Source: Promethearchaeota archaeon
Lineage (GTDB): Archaea; Asgardarchaeota; Lokiarchaeia; Sigyniarchaeales; SOKP01
DNA: 64,000 nt
Reading direction: 5' to 3'
Assembly (NCBI GenBank): GCA_011364925.1
Contig: RDOA01000002.1
Location: 129,044-193,043 of the forward strand
This document shows, piece by piece, positions 20,282 through 30,566 of this stretch. Positions within the stretch are counted from its first letter, which is position 1; each line of letters begins with the position of its first letter. The position numbers were made by a program, and so were the translations under genes. The notes under the pieces are model-generated. The model made no database searches, was not told where the DNA came from, and saw only the letters and a list, made by a program, of their open reading frames with translations.

Positions 20282-23200
20282 TCACAATTTAGGTTTTATG
20301 ATCTTGTCGCTTGAAGGAGCACCTTTTAATATTTTCGATGTTCTATTTTTCTCCTCTTGATATCTCTGATTAAAAGCTAATTTTCGGTCTGTAATTTTAA
20401 CATCAGGATTCTTTGTATGTGATAATGTTTTTCTATATTTCCTAACTTTTCTTATGGGAACAGGGTATTTCAAGATTAATTGATATAAAATAACATAAGT
20501 GGCTAATGTAGCAGCTCCAATTGTAGCTATGATAAAAAATACCATGAATATAAAATTTGGCTCTACGGGGATTATTACATCGTAAGTTATCCAAAGATTT
20601 ACATTGTCCATAGAAATCATTATATCATTACCTAAAATGAACTCATCAGCAATATATACTTGAATTGAAACATTGATCTCATCGTTATTTGGTATTAAAT
20701 TAGTAACAGTGAATCCACTTTCTCTGGCTTCTTTAAATTTCGTTTCTAATTCGCTTATTCTAATGGTTTCGTTGTATTCAATATTGTTAATAAAGAGTTT
20801 AAACCTAGAGTTAGGAGACGAAGAACTTAATCTTGTGTCGTTGATTTTATAGTCAAAAAATAATTTTGCGTTCTTAACTTCAACGGTGTAATTATTTTCT
20901 TCTATCTTTTTTCCATAATATTCCCAGGTTAAAGTTGAGAACTGGTCAATTTTTTTCTCATATGTAATAGATAAATTAAAATTCTTTATCAGTAACATCT
21001 GCCAATTATCGCTATCTCCGGGATGTCCGCTGTCTTCACACCAGATATATGTGCCTAATGTAATAGCAAAATTTTGATGATCATAGTTTAAAGCTTGTTC
21101 GAGGTAGAATTTTAGAGTGTCTTCGTTTACAGGTTTTATTAAAGTATCATTTAATTGAGTAATTGGAATTGGATCGTCTCTTCCTAAATCATCTGTTTGA
21201 TACTGCACTGCAGGGAATTCTCGATTTTTCCACACATCGGATATGATTAAAAAGAATCGAGCAAAATCTCCTGTTGCGATCTGAACCGTTGTTCCACCAC
21301 TGATGGTATCTCCAGGGCGATCAATACCACCTCCATTTACTGGAGTTGCTTGCACAGTACCGTTTATTAAACAATCTAAGGATGCTCCAGTTATAATATA
21401 ATCAGACATGTTTATATCCATGGTAAAATTTTTCTGCCATTGGATTCTTAGAGCTTGTGGGGCGTTATCTGGCCAGAAGTGACTTACGTACCACCCTCTT
21501 TCGTCCATTCCGTAAGTATCCGGAGCAGGTAACCCCTCTTGATCTGCTATTTCACTCCAACCACTACTGGTTCCATTTTCAAAGAAAAATTGCGTTCCAG
21601 TGTCACCACTTATCAAATAATTCGCAGTACCGTTACTAATCTCTGTTTGAATATCTGATAAGTCTCCCTCCAATAAAGAGGTCCAATTTTCAACTGTATT
21701 AAAATTAGTGTTATCTATCCATTGCTGAGTCTCAGATCTTCTTGTATAAGTAGTAGTTGAACTTTCTTGAGAAAGCTTTAATAAATTTTGATCGTAACCA
21801 GAACTTTTAGGAATATTAGCAACTTTAATTGGTATAAAATTTAATCCGAATAACAAGAATATTATAAAGAATAGCATTGTGGTAGATTTAAGTTGACCAA
21901 CTTTCTTTTTTAAGTTGCTTTTTGTTTTTTTAGGGGTGCTTTTTGTAATTTTGCCATACTTATTGTTAAATAAATCTTTTTGTGTCTTGATGGAAACGTT
22001 TGGAGGGGTCTCCTTTTTCAATGTCTTACGGTATTTTCTTACTTTTCTGACTTGTTTTGGAAATCTCAAAACTCTTCTGTAGTAGAAAAAATAAACCAAT
22101 AGTGAGGCAGAAGCGATTAACGCACATATTAAAAGAATGAGAAAAGTAATATTTCGCTGAGCAGGGAAAAATATATTGTAAGAAACTCTCAAATATACAT
22201 TATCGATCGTGATCGTATAATTTTCAGCTAAATTAAAATTATCTCCAATGAATATTTGGATCGTAAGGTTTATATCGTAATTTCCAGGCGTAATACTCGT
22301 AAAATCGTACCCATCTTCTTTAGCAGGTTTAAAGCTTATATCTGCTTGACCTAGATTTATATTCTCACTATATTCTTGATTGTTAATTAAAATCCTAAAC
22401 TCAGAGTTAGAAGACAAAGAAGTAGGCCACAATTTATCAATTTTATAATCAAAGAATAGTTTTGACTTTGTTATATCTATAATTCCACCTTTATTATCAA
22501 TGCGCTCAGTAGGATATTTCCACGCGACCGTAGTAAGTCTATTGATGTTTTTTACATAAGAAATTGTTAAATTGCATGCCCTTATGTAAACTTTAGGATA
22601 TTCATCTAAATCCGTGGCACAATTGTCTTCGCAATTGAATTCCATTCCTAGAATAATAATAAAATTCTGATAATCGCTATTTTCCAGAACCTGATTAAGG
22701 AAAAATATTAAATCTTCCATATTATCCGCCACAAAAATAGTATCATTTAAATAGTCGTAACTGTCAATAACTTGAGCCCCATCCTGACCTAACGTGGTGC
22801 TTTGATATTGCGTAACTGTATAATTTACATCCTTTTTGATGTTCGCCAGTCTTACAAAAAACCTTACATAATCACCGGTATTAAAATTAACCATATCAGC
22901 ATCTCCTTCTACTTCAACACCTTCCCAATGCCAAACATCTCCAGATCCACAGCCAACATATGCTTTTGCTGTAGCGTTTACCATTACACTTAACGAAGCA
23001 GAAGTTATAGTATAATCCGACATATTAAGTGGGGTAGTAACAACTTTTTCCCATTGGATACTCGTCTTTTGATAAGCGTTTACTGTTGTGCCTAATTGTT
23101 CAGCCCATAGATGAGACGCGAACACTCCTGATTCATCGCTTCCATGTCCTTGAGTTGGATAAACGGGGATATCTGGATTAGTTGAATTATACCAACCTTG

Positions 23201-23560
23201 AGATGTGGAAGAATTAATGATGCCTGAGATTAGAGTAGTGGTATGCGATTCTCCAATAATCTTAAAATCTCCTCCTCCATTAACGATTTGCGTACTTACA
23301 TCACTTACATCACCACTGTATTCACTAATCCAACCGGCATCACTATTAAATTCACTATTACCAATCAGTTGTGCTTCATGTGATTCCTTGAACCACTCGT
23401 CTGCGACGCCTTCTTGACTTACATTTATCTTAAGATCTTGATTTGATTTAGCTAATACCTTATCGCTTTGATTAAAGAAAAAGAATGATGTTGCAGTCGA
23501 AATCGTCATTATAATAATAATGTAAAGAATTTTTTTCTTCCGAGATAATTTTTTTTTCAT
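20282..23560 (-). CDS. Tandem two-unit cell-surface protein with internal and terminal Loki-CTERM-type motifs
   Basis: Two copies of the shared ectodomain, each followed by TM plus (RFPKQV/KYPVPI)RKVRKYRKTL. Confidence 0.82.
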   Translation of the reverse strand: MKKKLSRKKKILYIIIIMTISTATSFFFFNQSDKVLAKSNQDLKINVSQEGVADEWFKESHEAQLIGNSEFNSDAGWISEYSGDVSDVSTQIVNGGGDFKIIGESHTTTLISGIINSSTSQGWYNSTNPDIPVYPTQGHGSDESGVFASHLWAEQLGTTVNAYQKTSIQWEKVVTTPLNMSDYTITSASLSVMVNATAKAYVGCGSGDVWHWEGVEVEGDADMVNFNTGDYVRFFVRLANIKKDVNYTVTQYQSTTLGQDGAQVIDSYDYLNDTIFVADNMEDLIFFLNQVLENSDYQNFIIILGMEFNCEDNCATDLDEYPKVYIRACNLTISYVKNINRLTTVAWKYPTERIDNKGGIIDITKSKLFFDYKIDKLWPTSLSSNSEFRILINNQEYSENINLGQADISFKPAKEDGYDFTSITPGNYDINLTIQIFIGDNFNLAENYTITIDNVYLRVSYNIFFPAQRNITFLILLICALIASASLLVYFFYYRRVLRFPKQVRKVRKYRKTLKKETPPNVSIKTQKDLFNNKYGKITKSTPKKTKSNLKKKVGQLKSTTMLFFIIFLLFGLNFIPIKVANIPKSSGYDQNLLKLSQESSTTTYTRRSETQQWIDNTNFNTVENWTSLLEGDLSDIQTEISNGTANYLISGDTGTQFFFENGTSSGWSEIADQEGLPAPDTYGMDERGWYVSHFWPDNAPQALRIQWQKNFTMDINMSDYIITGASLDCLINGTVQATPVNGGGIDRPGDTISGGTTVQIATGDFARFFLIISDVWKNREFPAVQYQTDDLGRDDPIPITQLNDTLIKPVNEDTLKFYLEQALNYDHQNFAITLGTYIWCEDSGHPGDSDNWQMLLIKNFNLSITYEKKIDQFSTLTWEYYGKKIEENNYTVEVKNAKLFFDYKINDTRLSSSSPNSRFKLFINNIEYNETIRISELETKFKEARESGFTVTNLIPNNDEINVSIQVYIADEFILGNDIMISMDNVNLWITYDVIIPVEPNFIFMVFFIIATIGAATLATYVILYQLILKYPVPIRKVRKYRKTLSHTKNPDVKITDRKLAFNQRYQEEKNRTSKILKGAPSSDKIIKPKL

Positions 23561-23755
23561 ATTCCTAAATCCAAGATTCCGTTAATTGATTTCTAGTAAA
23601 AAAATTAAACATAAAAAATTTACAGTTTTAAAATTAGAGCATCTCGATTTCATTTTTAAATGATTGATTAAATTTATTTAAATAAATTACTTAAGACTTA
23701 ATTATATATATTTCAAATTTATTCAGAAGATATAAAAATTTAGAGAGAAACCAAT

Positions 23756-25030
23756 ATGATTCAAGGAATATTAACATTTCAGTTTAAACTGAATCAGAAC
23801 GAGACAACTGGAGAGATTAATCCTGAATTTAGCCCTATTCAATTAGTATTTTCAAGCAGTAAATTCGATGAAAACGAATTTTCTGGGTTGATAAAGGAAA
23901 ATGATATATTCGGAAGCTTTTATCAACACACCGTTGGTGTTTTTGGAGTAAAATATGGTTTTAGTAATTTCTACGCAGGTCGTTTAAAAGAGACTCCATA
24001 CCAAGTGTTTTCTTATTTCAAACAGTTGACTGATGGTACTCAGTATCTTACCCTCTGTTTATTTGAATTAGACGATGAAATCGAATTATTTGAGGACTTA
24101 ATTAAAGAAATGGCAAGTCGTTTGGACACGATTTTTGAAAAGTTAACCAAAGCTTCAAACACACGACAATTAGATTTAATCTCCAACGTTAACGTTCGCT
24201 TAAAGAATGAACTCAAGTATACTATATTTCAAGTTGAAAGACTCAGTAAACTGGATAAGCTTCAAAAGGTGTCTTTAATTTACAATAGCAATGAAAGATT
24301 AAAGATCTTAGAGATTTTAAGAGAACGTCCCGCTTCTAAAAAGGATATCAAAGCAATGGTTGAACAAATGAAACCCACTGCCAACATTGACATATTACTA
24401 AGACCGTTTTTAGAGTTAAATTTAATTAGGCGTGATTGGATCAAAGGCGAGAAGGATAAAAAGACTGGCGTAGTAACCAACCAAGGAGAATATATATTTT
24501 TAGTAAAGGACATAATATTTGCTCGTGTTCCTAACCAGAACTTATTAAAGCATTTTAAGGACACAAATAACGATCTGTTACCACTGTTTAAGCAAAAATC
24601 AATAGATTATTTTAATGATTACGATCCTTACGAAGAGCCTATTGAGAATACGCAAAGGCTAGCTTCAATTCTCTTGAACCCCGATGTGTACGATTTTTTC
24701 GTGTTAATGCGATCAAATCATTACCCACTTGATAAGATTCCAAAGATCTTCTCTGAATTCGCTGTAACGGAGATTTTACTTGATAATTTAAAAAAGTTAA
24801 ATGTTATTACCGAAATTAAAGATGAGAATAAGAGAAGCTGGATATGTTTGTTAACCGACATCAAGCCTTTAACAATCTTTCCGGAATATTTATTACCAAA
24901 AATAAGGGAAGCTTATAGAAAAGGAGAAGAGGTTGAAGAAGGAGAAGCAGAAGGTAAGATCACGTTTGAAATCGCTAAAAAAGCACTTAATTTATTGGAA
25001 GTATCCTATCCAGAGAAAATTACTTTTTAA
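23756..25030 (+). CDS. Hypothetical protein, possible longin-like N-terminus and winged-helix segment
   Basis: 424-aa ORF; ERLKILEILRERP...LRPFLELNLIRRDW resembles a wHTH. Confidence 0.55.
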   Translation: MIQGILTFQFKLNQNETTGEINPEFSPIQLVFSSSKFDENEFSGLIKENDIFGSFYQHTVGVFGVKYGFSNFYAGRLKETPYQVFSYFKQLTDGTQYLTLCLFELDDEIELFEDLIKEMASRLDTIFEKLTKASNTRQLDLISNVNVRLKNELKYTIFQVERLSKLDKLQKVSLIYNSNERLKILEILRERPASKKDIKAMVEQMKPTANIDILLRPFLELNLIRRDWIKGEKDKKTGVVTNQGEYIFLVKDIIFARVPNQNLLKHFKDTNNDLLPLFKQKSIDYFNDYDPYEEPIENTQRLASILLNPDVYDFFVLMRSNHYPLDKIPKIFSEFAVTEILLDNLKKLNVITEIKDENKRSWICLLTDIKPLTIFPEYLLPKIREAYRKGEEVEEGEAEGKITFEIAKKALNLLEVSYPEKITF

Positions 25031-25064
25031 ATCATTAAATATAAATTAGGAGATGAAGAGATAA

Positions 25065-27245
25065 ATGTATTTATTTAAAGATAAGGATGAGGTAGAAATT
25101 ACTTACACCTGTAAGTTATGTCTACGAGAAGTTCCATTCAAGGTAACCAAAGAAGAATATCAAGCAGTAAATAAGTTTCCTATTACTAAACAATTAACCC
25201 ACGGAGATCCTCCCCACAAACTTATAGTCCATTTTAATCAATACTTAGAAGTTGAGAATTTCGAAGTAGAAGAAATACTCAAAAAAGAAGAAATATCTTA
25301 TTCTAAAGAGCTTACCAGGCAAGTGCTAAGTGAAATAGACCTTACTGATCAAGAAATTGAATTATATTTTAGGGTAACTGGTCGCGAAGCTGTTAGTATT
25401 GGTGAAATGGCTATTTTAACCGGAAATTCTAAAGCTCAATGTCAAGAAATTGCAGATAAATTCGTTGAAAAGGGGTTATTCAAAGAGATTGTTGGAGCTC
25501 GACCTCATTACACTGCCTTACCTCCGTATGCGGCGCTTGTTAGTCAATTACAAAAATTTCATAAGTATATTTCCGATATTAAATCTCATATCCCAGTTCA
25601 ATTAAGTAAAACGTTTGCGAAACTAGAATCCGAATCGGGAAAAGTCGAAGTCCAACCGCAACCTGTTCCTACAGAATTAATGAAAGAATTGAAAGACAAT
25701 ATGCTTACACAAATTCGTTCTCAAAAGAAAGAATTTGATGAAACACTTGCAGTGATGGATCAAATAAGGGGGATTACGGATGATATTTCTAATCTGGAAG
25801 GGTATACTGATTCAATTATGGGCACCCAAATGGGAGATCTCAAAAAACAATTCGAAGATATTAACGATAAAACTTCTCAGATTATCAAAGGGCAAATTAC
25901 CGATTTAAAAAGCGAATTTGACAATATTAAATCGACTGTGTCTCAGAACTTACAAAAATTGCGCCTTGGAGTAATTCAGCAATCAGTAGATCAAGTAATC
26001 GATAAAGTAATAAATGCCAAGTTGAAGGAAATATCCGATAATATAAATGTCCAATTAAGCGTGAGCCAGGTTGCATTTTCTGACGAGTTGAAAAAAGTAA
26101 CTCAAGGTGTTGACCAAGAACTCATTTCAAAACTAAAAGAATCTCTGAAGAGTACAATTAAAAATATTGATGGTTTAAGTACGAAAGCACAAGAAGATAA
26201 AGAACAGATTTATTCAGAGATAACAGAAAACTTTAATAGAGCCGTACAAATGGCTGAAGAAAAAATTGAAGGTATCTCTGGCACAACTTTTGAATCCTTA
26301 GGCACTCTAAAAAATGTCTTTTCTAACCAAATAGTTGCGACATTAGACAACACGCTCGATGACATCTTAAAGAAACTCGAAACATCAGAACAAGTCACGA
26401 GTGAATTCTGGGAACAGGCTAAAACCGGTAGATCAATTACTATGAAAGATATTTGGTTCATCAGGTCCCCTGAAGCTGCTAAAGCTCATATTAACGACGA
26501 GATCTCAAAAGCGAAAATGAGAGTTTTACTGGTAGCACCTCAAATAAGTGATATTGATATCGATGCATTAATGGATCGCCCCTCAAGAATTAATTTTAGA
26601 ATAGCAGCTAGTATAGATTTTTCAAATCCCCGACACGCGGAAATTGTTGACCAATTAGATAAAATGGATAATGTAGATTATAGACATCGCTCCTTACAAA
26701 ATTTATGGGGCGTTAATAGAGATTACGAGGAAGTGATTGTGTGTGTTTTGTCAAAAGCTGAAGTACGCGGTGAAAGTATTACTGAAATTGCGGGTATAGG
26801 TAGTATTATAGAAGAACACATCAAAATTTTCGTCCCAATTCTTGAAGAAGCGTGGATGGGTTCGAGAAAAGAAGTTGTTCACACGGTTAAATCGTCAATT
26901 GCAAAAGAAACTCCAGAAGAACCTGTTAAGTTAAAACCCGTAGTGGAAATACCAAAAACAGCTCCTCCCACCGAACAAGTAACCCCTGCTGAAGAAGAAA
27001 CATTGCTTACTAAACAATTTAATCTAATCCTTGATAATGTAGACTCACTTATGGGAGTAGAACTCTCTTCTGCTCTAGAAAAATTCCAGAGTGAATACAT
27101 AAAAGAACAAGGCTATAACAGTGTTTTAAAAAACATGCATAATACGAGCACAATGTTAAAAAGCAAAACCTACGTTCTCAGTCAGTCAGAGAAAGAAGAC
27201 CTTAAAATGAAAATGAATTTCTGGAAACAAAAACTTAATCTTTAA
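25065..27245 (+). CDS. TrmB-like HTH protein with N-terminal CxxC/His domain and long helical insert
   Basis: CKLC...HG..H; LTDQEIELY...EKGLFKEIVGARPHYTALPP TrmB-type HTH; ~300-aa amphipathic helical region; IWFIRS...ISKAKMRVLLVAP PLD-like/TrmB C-terminal domain. Confidence 0.62.
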   Translation: MYLFKDKDEVEITYTCKLCLREVPFKVTKEEYQAVNKFPITKQLTHGDPPHKLIVHFNQYLEVENFEVEEILKKEEISYSKELTRQVLSEIDLTDQEIELYFRVTGREAVSIGEMAILTGNSKAQCQEIADKFVEKGLFKEIVGARPHYTALPPYAALVSQLQKFHKYISDIKSHIPVQLSKTFAKLESESGKVEVQPQPVPTELMKELKDNMLTQIRSQKKEFDETLAVMDQIRGITDDISNLEGYTDSIMGTQMGDLKKQFEDINDKTSQIIKGQITDLKSEFDNIKSTVSQNLQKLRLGVIQQSVDQVIDKVINAKLKEISDNINVQLSVSQVAFSDELKKVTQGVDQELISKLKESLKSTIKNIDGLSTKAQEDKEQIYSEITENFNRAVQMAEEKIEGISGTTFESLGTLKNVFSNQIVATLDNTLDDILKKLETSEQVTSEFWEQAKTGRSITMKDIWFIRSPEAAKAHINDEISKAKMRVLLVAPQISDIDIDALMDRPSRINFRIAASIDFSNPRHAEIVDQLDKMDNVDYRHRSLQNLWGVNRDYEEVIVCVLSKAEVRGESITEIAGIGSIIEEHIKIFVPILEEAWMGSRKEVVHTVKSSIAKETPEEPVKLKPVVEIPKTAPPTEQVTPAEEETLLTKQFNLILDNVDSLMGVELSSALEKFQSEYIKEQGYNSVLKNMHNTSTMLKSKTYVLSQSEKEDLKMKMNFWKQKLNL

Positions 27246-27350
27246 TTAATTTTTTTAAATTTCTTTAGGATTTTCTATTTCTTTCCCCATTATTTTACAA
27301 CTTTTTCTCTAAGTAACATACTTATTATTCGATTTTTTATTCTCTTAATC

Positions 27351-28346
27351 ATGGTAGAAGACTTCATTACTATTGAAACTAAACAACTCAACGATTATTT
27401 ATATCACATAGATGTTCGAGCCTATGGGGCACCTCGAATGCTCTCTATTTTCGTTGCTAAGTTTGATAAATCTTCGGTATTAATCGATTGTGGTACTTCA
27501 TTAGATACTAAGAAGCTGTTGAGATTCTTGAAGAAATTAAACATCAAGTTAACCTCGTTCAAGTACCTTACTACCACACACCATCATTTTGACCATAACG
27601 GAGGACTTTGGCAGCTTTACGAGCTGATAAAGAAACATAATCCTCAAGTTAAAATTTTAACAAATGAAAAGACTAAAGAGTTGCTTAATAATTACGAGGA
27701 ACATTTAGCTCGTGGGAAGCGTACGTATGGAAATTTAACTGGGATCATGAAACCTATTGAAGAGAATGCTTTTAAAATTATCTCTCCAAGTACCAACTTC
27801 AGTAATACTCCCTCCCAACTAGATTATGTTGATACATTTTCAATCAACGGTTCAGAAATCAAGCTTGGAATCTTAAAGACTCCGGGACACACTCCAGATC
27901 ATCAATGTCCTATATTCTTCAAAGACGATAACCTCGACTTTATCCAACTTGGAGAAAGCGTCGGAACCATATATCATTCTTCAGAATTAGTAACTATGCC
28001 TACATCAATGCCCACTTATTATAATCACGAGCAATACATGGCCACGTTACAAAACCTTAAAAAACTTTTTCCTTCTAAATCTGGTTTTGGTCACTTTGGA
28101 GTTGTTAACGGTAAGCAAAATTTCCAAACTCTGCTTTTAGAACACGAATCTTTCATGAAAGAGTTTAGAGAAGCAGTTATCAAGTTTTATAGTGAAAAAC
28201 CAGAAACTAGATATGTGTTCGAGCACATCATGCCAATGTTAATTCCCAGAACCGATTTATCATTTGGGAATGATTCAATTTTCAACGGAATTGCTTTAGC
28301 GATCGTATATGGTATGATGATGGACTTAGGTTATCGCAAAGATTGA
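27351..28346 (+). CDS. MBL-fold metallo-hydrolase
   Basis: LIDCG, THHHFDHNGG, TPGHTPDH, GHFG. Confidence 0.88.
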   Translation: MVEDFITIETKQLNDYLYHIDVRAYGAPRMLSIFVAKFDKSSVLIDCGTSLDTKKLLRFLKKLNIKLTSFKYLTTTHHHFDHNGGLWQLYELIKKHNPQVKILTNEKTKELLNNYEEHLARGKRTYGNLTGIMKPIEENAFKIISPSTNFSNTPSQLDYVDTFSINGSEIKLGILKTPGHTPDHQCPIFFKDDNLDFIQLGESVGTIYHSSELVTMPTSMPTYYNHEQYMATLQNLKKLFPSKSGFGHFGVVNGKQNFQTLLLEHESFMKEFREAVIKFYSEKPETRYVFEHIMPMLIPRTDLSFGNDSIFNGIALAIVYGMMMDLGYRKD

Positions 28347-28351
28347 TCTTA

Positions 28352-29281
28352 CTAGTTCATTACTTTAATGGCGAAAGTCTCAATCGGATCCTTTATTAAT
28401 TTAGCTCGCACTGGTTTATTTATATCCCAGAGTATCATCTTATCTATGCCCAATTCTTCAAGATTGTCCATCTCTTCCTTCACATCATCTGGAAACCCTA
28501 TGTATTGACTTCCAAAGACATTATATTTTACCATTAATTTATCCATTTCTTGTGGGTTGTCTAATAGAGTTATAGTACTACAATAGGAAATTTCAAACTC
28601 AGATATGTCTCTATTGTATTTTTTTAAATTTGATTTAACTTTATTGATATATTCAGGGAGTTGATCAGGTTTTACATCGTTAAAATTAATCCCATCAGCT
28701 TCTCGACATGCTATATCCATCATTCTTTTTCCTGATGTTCCAAGCACTAATTGCGGATAAGGCTTTTGAACAGACTTAGGAAAATTACGATTTTTTTCTA
28801 ATTTCCAAAATTTACCGTCAAAATCCGATTTTCTTTCTGTAAAAAGTTTCTTGTATATTGTTAAAGATTCTTCGAGTTCATCAACCCTCTGTTTGGCAGG
28901 AGGGAATGGATACCCAAATCCTTTATACTCCGCTTCATGCCATCCTGCTCCAAGCCAAAATAGGGCTCTTCCATTTGAAATATTATCTAAAGTACACATC
29001 ATTTTAGCTAAATAAGCGGGATTTCTCAAGGAGTTACATAATACTAAATGCCCTAATTTTATTTTCGAAGTTTCTGCTGCTAATGCTGAAGTTAACATCA
29101 TTGATTCTAAGTAATTATCAAGAAGATGATCATTTACATGGGCAGACTCAAAACCTAATCGTTCTACTTTTAATGTCAGATCTCTTATTTCTGGGTAACT
29201 TGAAACTGACCTAACATGATAACCATATTTCATATTCCTAATTAGATCATTTTCTTTATTAATCCTTTCTGAAATATCCAA
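28352..29281 (-). CDS. LLM-class (luciferase-like, probably F420-dependent) oxidoreductase
   Basis: GFESAHVNDH, RNPAYLAK, LDNISNGR, GAGW..EY..FG; true start probably MKYG at 29233. Confidence 0.85.
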   Translation of the reverse strand: MDISERINKENDLIRNMKYGYHVRSVSSYPEIRDLTLKVERLGFESAHVNDHLLDNYLESMMLTSALAAETSKIKLGHLVLCNSLRNPAYLAKMMCTLDNISNGRALFWLGAGWHEAEYKGFGYPFPPAKQRVDELEESLTIYKKLFTERKSDFDGKFWKLEKNRNFPKSVQKPYPQLVLGTSGKRMMDIACREADGINFNDVKPDQLPEYINKVKSNLKKYNRDISEFEISYCSTITLLDNPQEMDKLMVKYNVFGSQYIGFPDDVKEEMDNLEELGIDKMILWDINKPVRAKLIKDPIETFAIKVMN

Positions 29282-29315
29282 ACTTCTAAATATTTATTCA
29301 ATTTATTCTTTACTA

Positions 29316-30518
29316 ATGAGCCTTGGTTCTGAATATTTTGATGTGTGCATTGTTGGTGCTAGTATTGCGGGCAATTATTTAGCGTTTTTATTATCTAACT
29401 CAAATCTAAAAATTGCGGTTCTCGAAGACCATTCAGAAATTGGTTTACCCTTTCAATGTGCTGGAATCATTTCCCAAAAATTAACCCAATTAATTGAAGT
29501 ACCAAAAGATATTATACTTAATCAGGTCAAAACCGCGAAAATCGTTAGCTCAGCTGGTAAATCTATCAAACTTTCAGGGGACGAACACCCTTATATCATC
29601 GATAGAATTGCTCTCGATCGTCTATACTACCATAAGGTCAAAAATAATAGAAATATCACTTATTATCTCGGTGAAAAGTACAAATCGTTTGAATATCGCA
29701 GCGATAACGATAAAAAATATGTTTTTGTTGAAACATCCAAGCGAAACATCCAAACTAAGATGCTCATTGGCTGTGACGGTCCCCTATCCTCAGTAGGTAA
29801 GCAATTGAATGTGAAAAACAAAGTAATCTACGCTTCCCAAATTAGAATTAAGGCAGATTTTGACGAAAGTGAAGCAGCTATGTACTTTGATCAACGATGG
29901 AAGCAGTTGTTTGGATGGATCGTGCCAGAAGGTAATCACATCTTTCGAATTGGTATCGCTGCTGCTAAAAATGTGAATTATTGTTTCAAGCGCTACTTAG
30001 AAAAATTAGATATTGATTTCGGTAACAAAATAGACCAACAAGGTGGGATAATTCCTTATGGAATTATGAATAAAATCTCGTTTGATAATATTATGTTATT
30101 AGGAGACTCAGCTGGGCAAGTAAAAGCTACAACAGGAGGAGGTATTGTTATGTTGTTAACTGCAGCGAAGTATGCTTCCAAATGTGTGAGACTCTGCTTT
30201 GCGAATAGGAATTTTTCAAAGAAATTTATTCGAAGACATTACGAAAAACCTTGTTCGCAAACAATTGGTCGAGAATTAAAGCTTCATTTCATCATAAGGC
30301 TCATATTAGAAAACTTTAGTGCCAAAGATTTTGATTCATTCTTTAAAATAATCAAAGAGAATAAAATAGAGCATTTAATCTATTTCTATGGAGATATGGA
30401 TTTTCCAAGGGCATTGGTTGTTAAATTACTGCGTAACCAGACTGTTATAAGATTCATTTTCAACTTTCTTGTTAAAAATCCAGTAATAATCTTTAAAATC
30501 TTAAAATTACTTTTCTAA
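29316..30518 (+). CDS. Geranylgeranyl reductase family FAD-dependent oxidoreductase
   Basis: VGASIAG, PFQCAG, IGCDG, FGWIVP, GDSAGQVKATTGGGI. Confidence 0.85.
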   Translation: MSLGSEYFDVCIVGASIAGNYLAFLLSNSNLKIAVLEDHSEIGLPFQCAGIISQKLTQLIEVPKDIILNQVKTAKIVSSAGKSIKLSGDEHPYIIDRIALDRLYYHKVKNNRNITYYLGEKYKSFEYRSDNDKKYVFVETSKRNIQTKMLIGCDGPLSSVGKQLNVKNKVIYASQIRIKADFDESEAAMYFDQRWKQLFGWIVPEGNHIFRIGIAAAKNVNYCFKRYLEKLDIDFGNKIDQQGGIIPYGIMNKISFDNIMLLGDSAGQVKATTGGGIVMLLTAAKYASKCVRLCFANRNFSKKFIRRHYEKPCSQTIGRELKLHFIIRLILENFSAKDFDSFFKIIKENKIEHLIYFYGDMDFPRALVVKLLRNQTVIRFIFNFLVKNPVIIFKILKLLF

Positions 30519-30566
30519 ACCTAATAATTAAACTTCATATAATTTAGTAAAGAGTGTGAGATTGAA

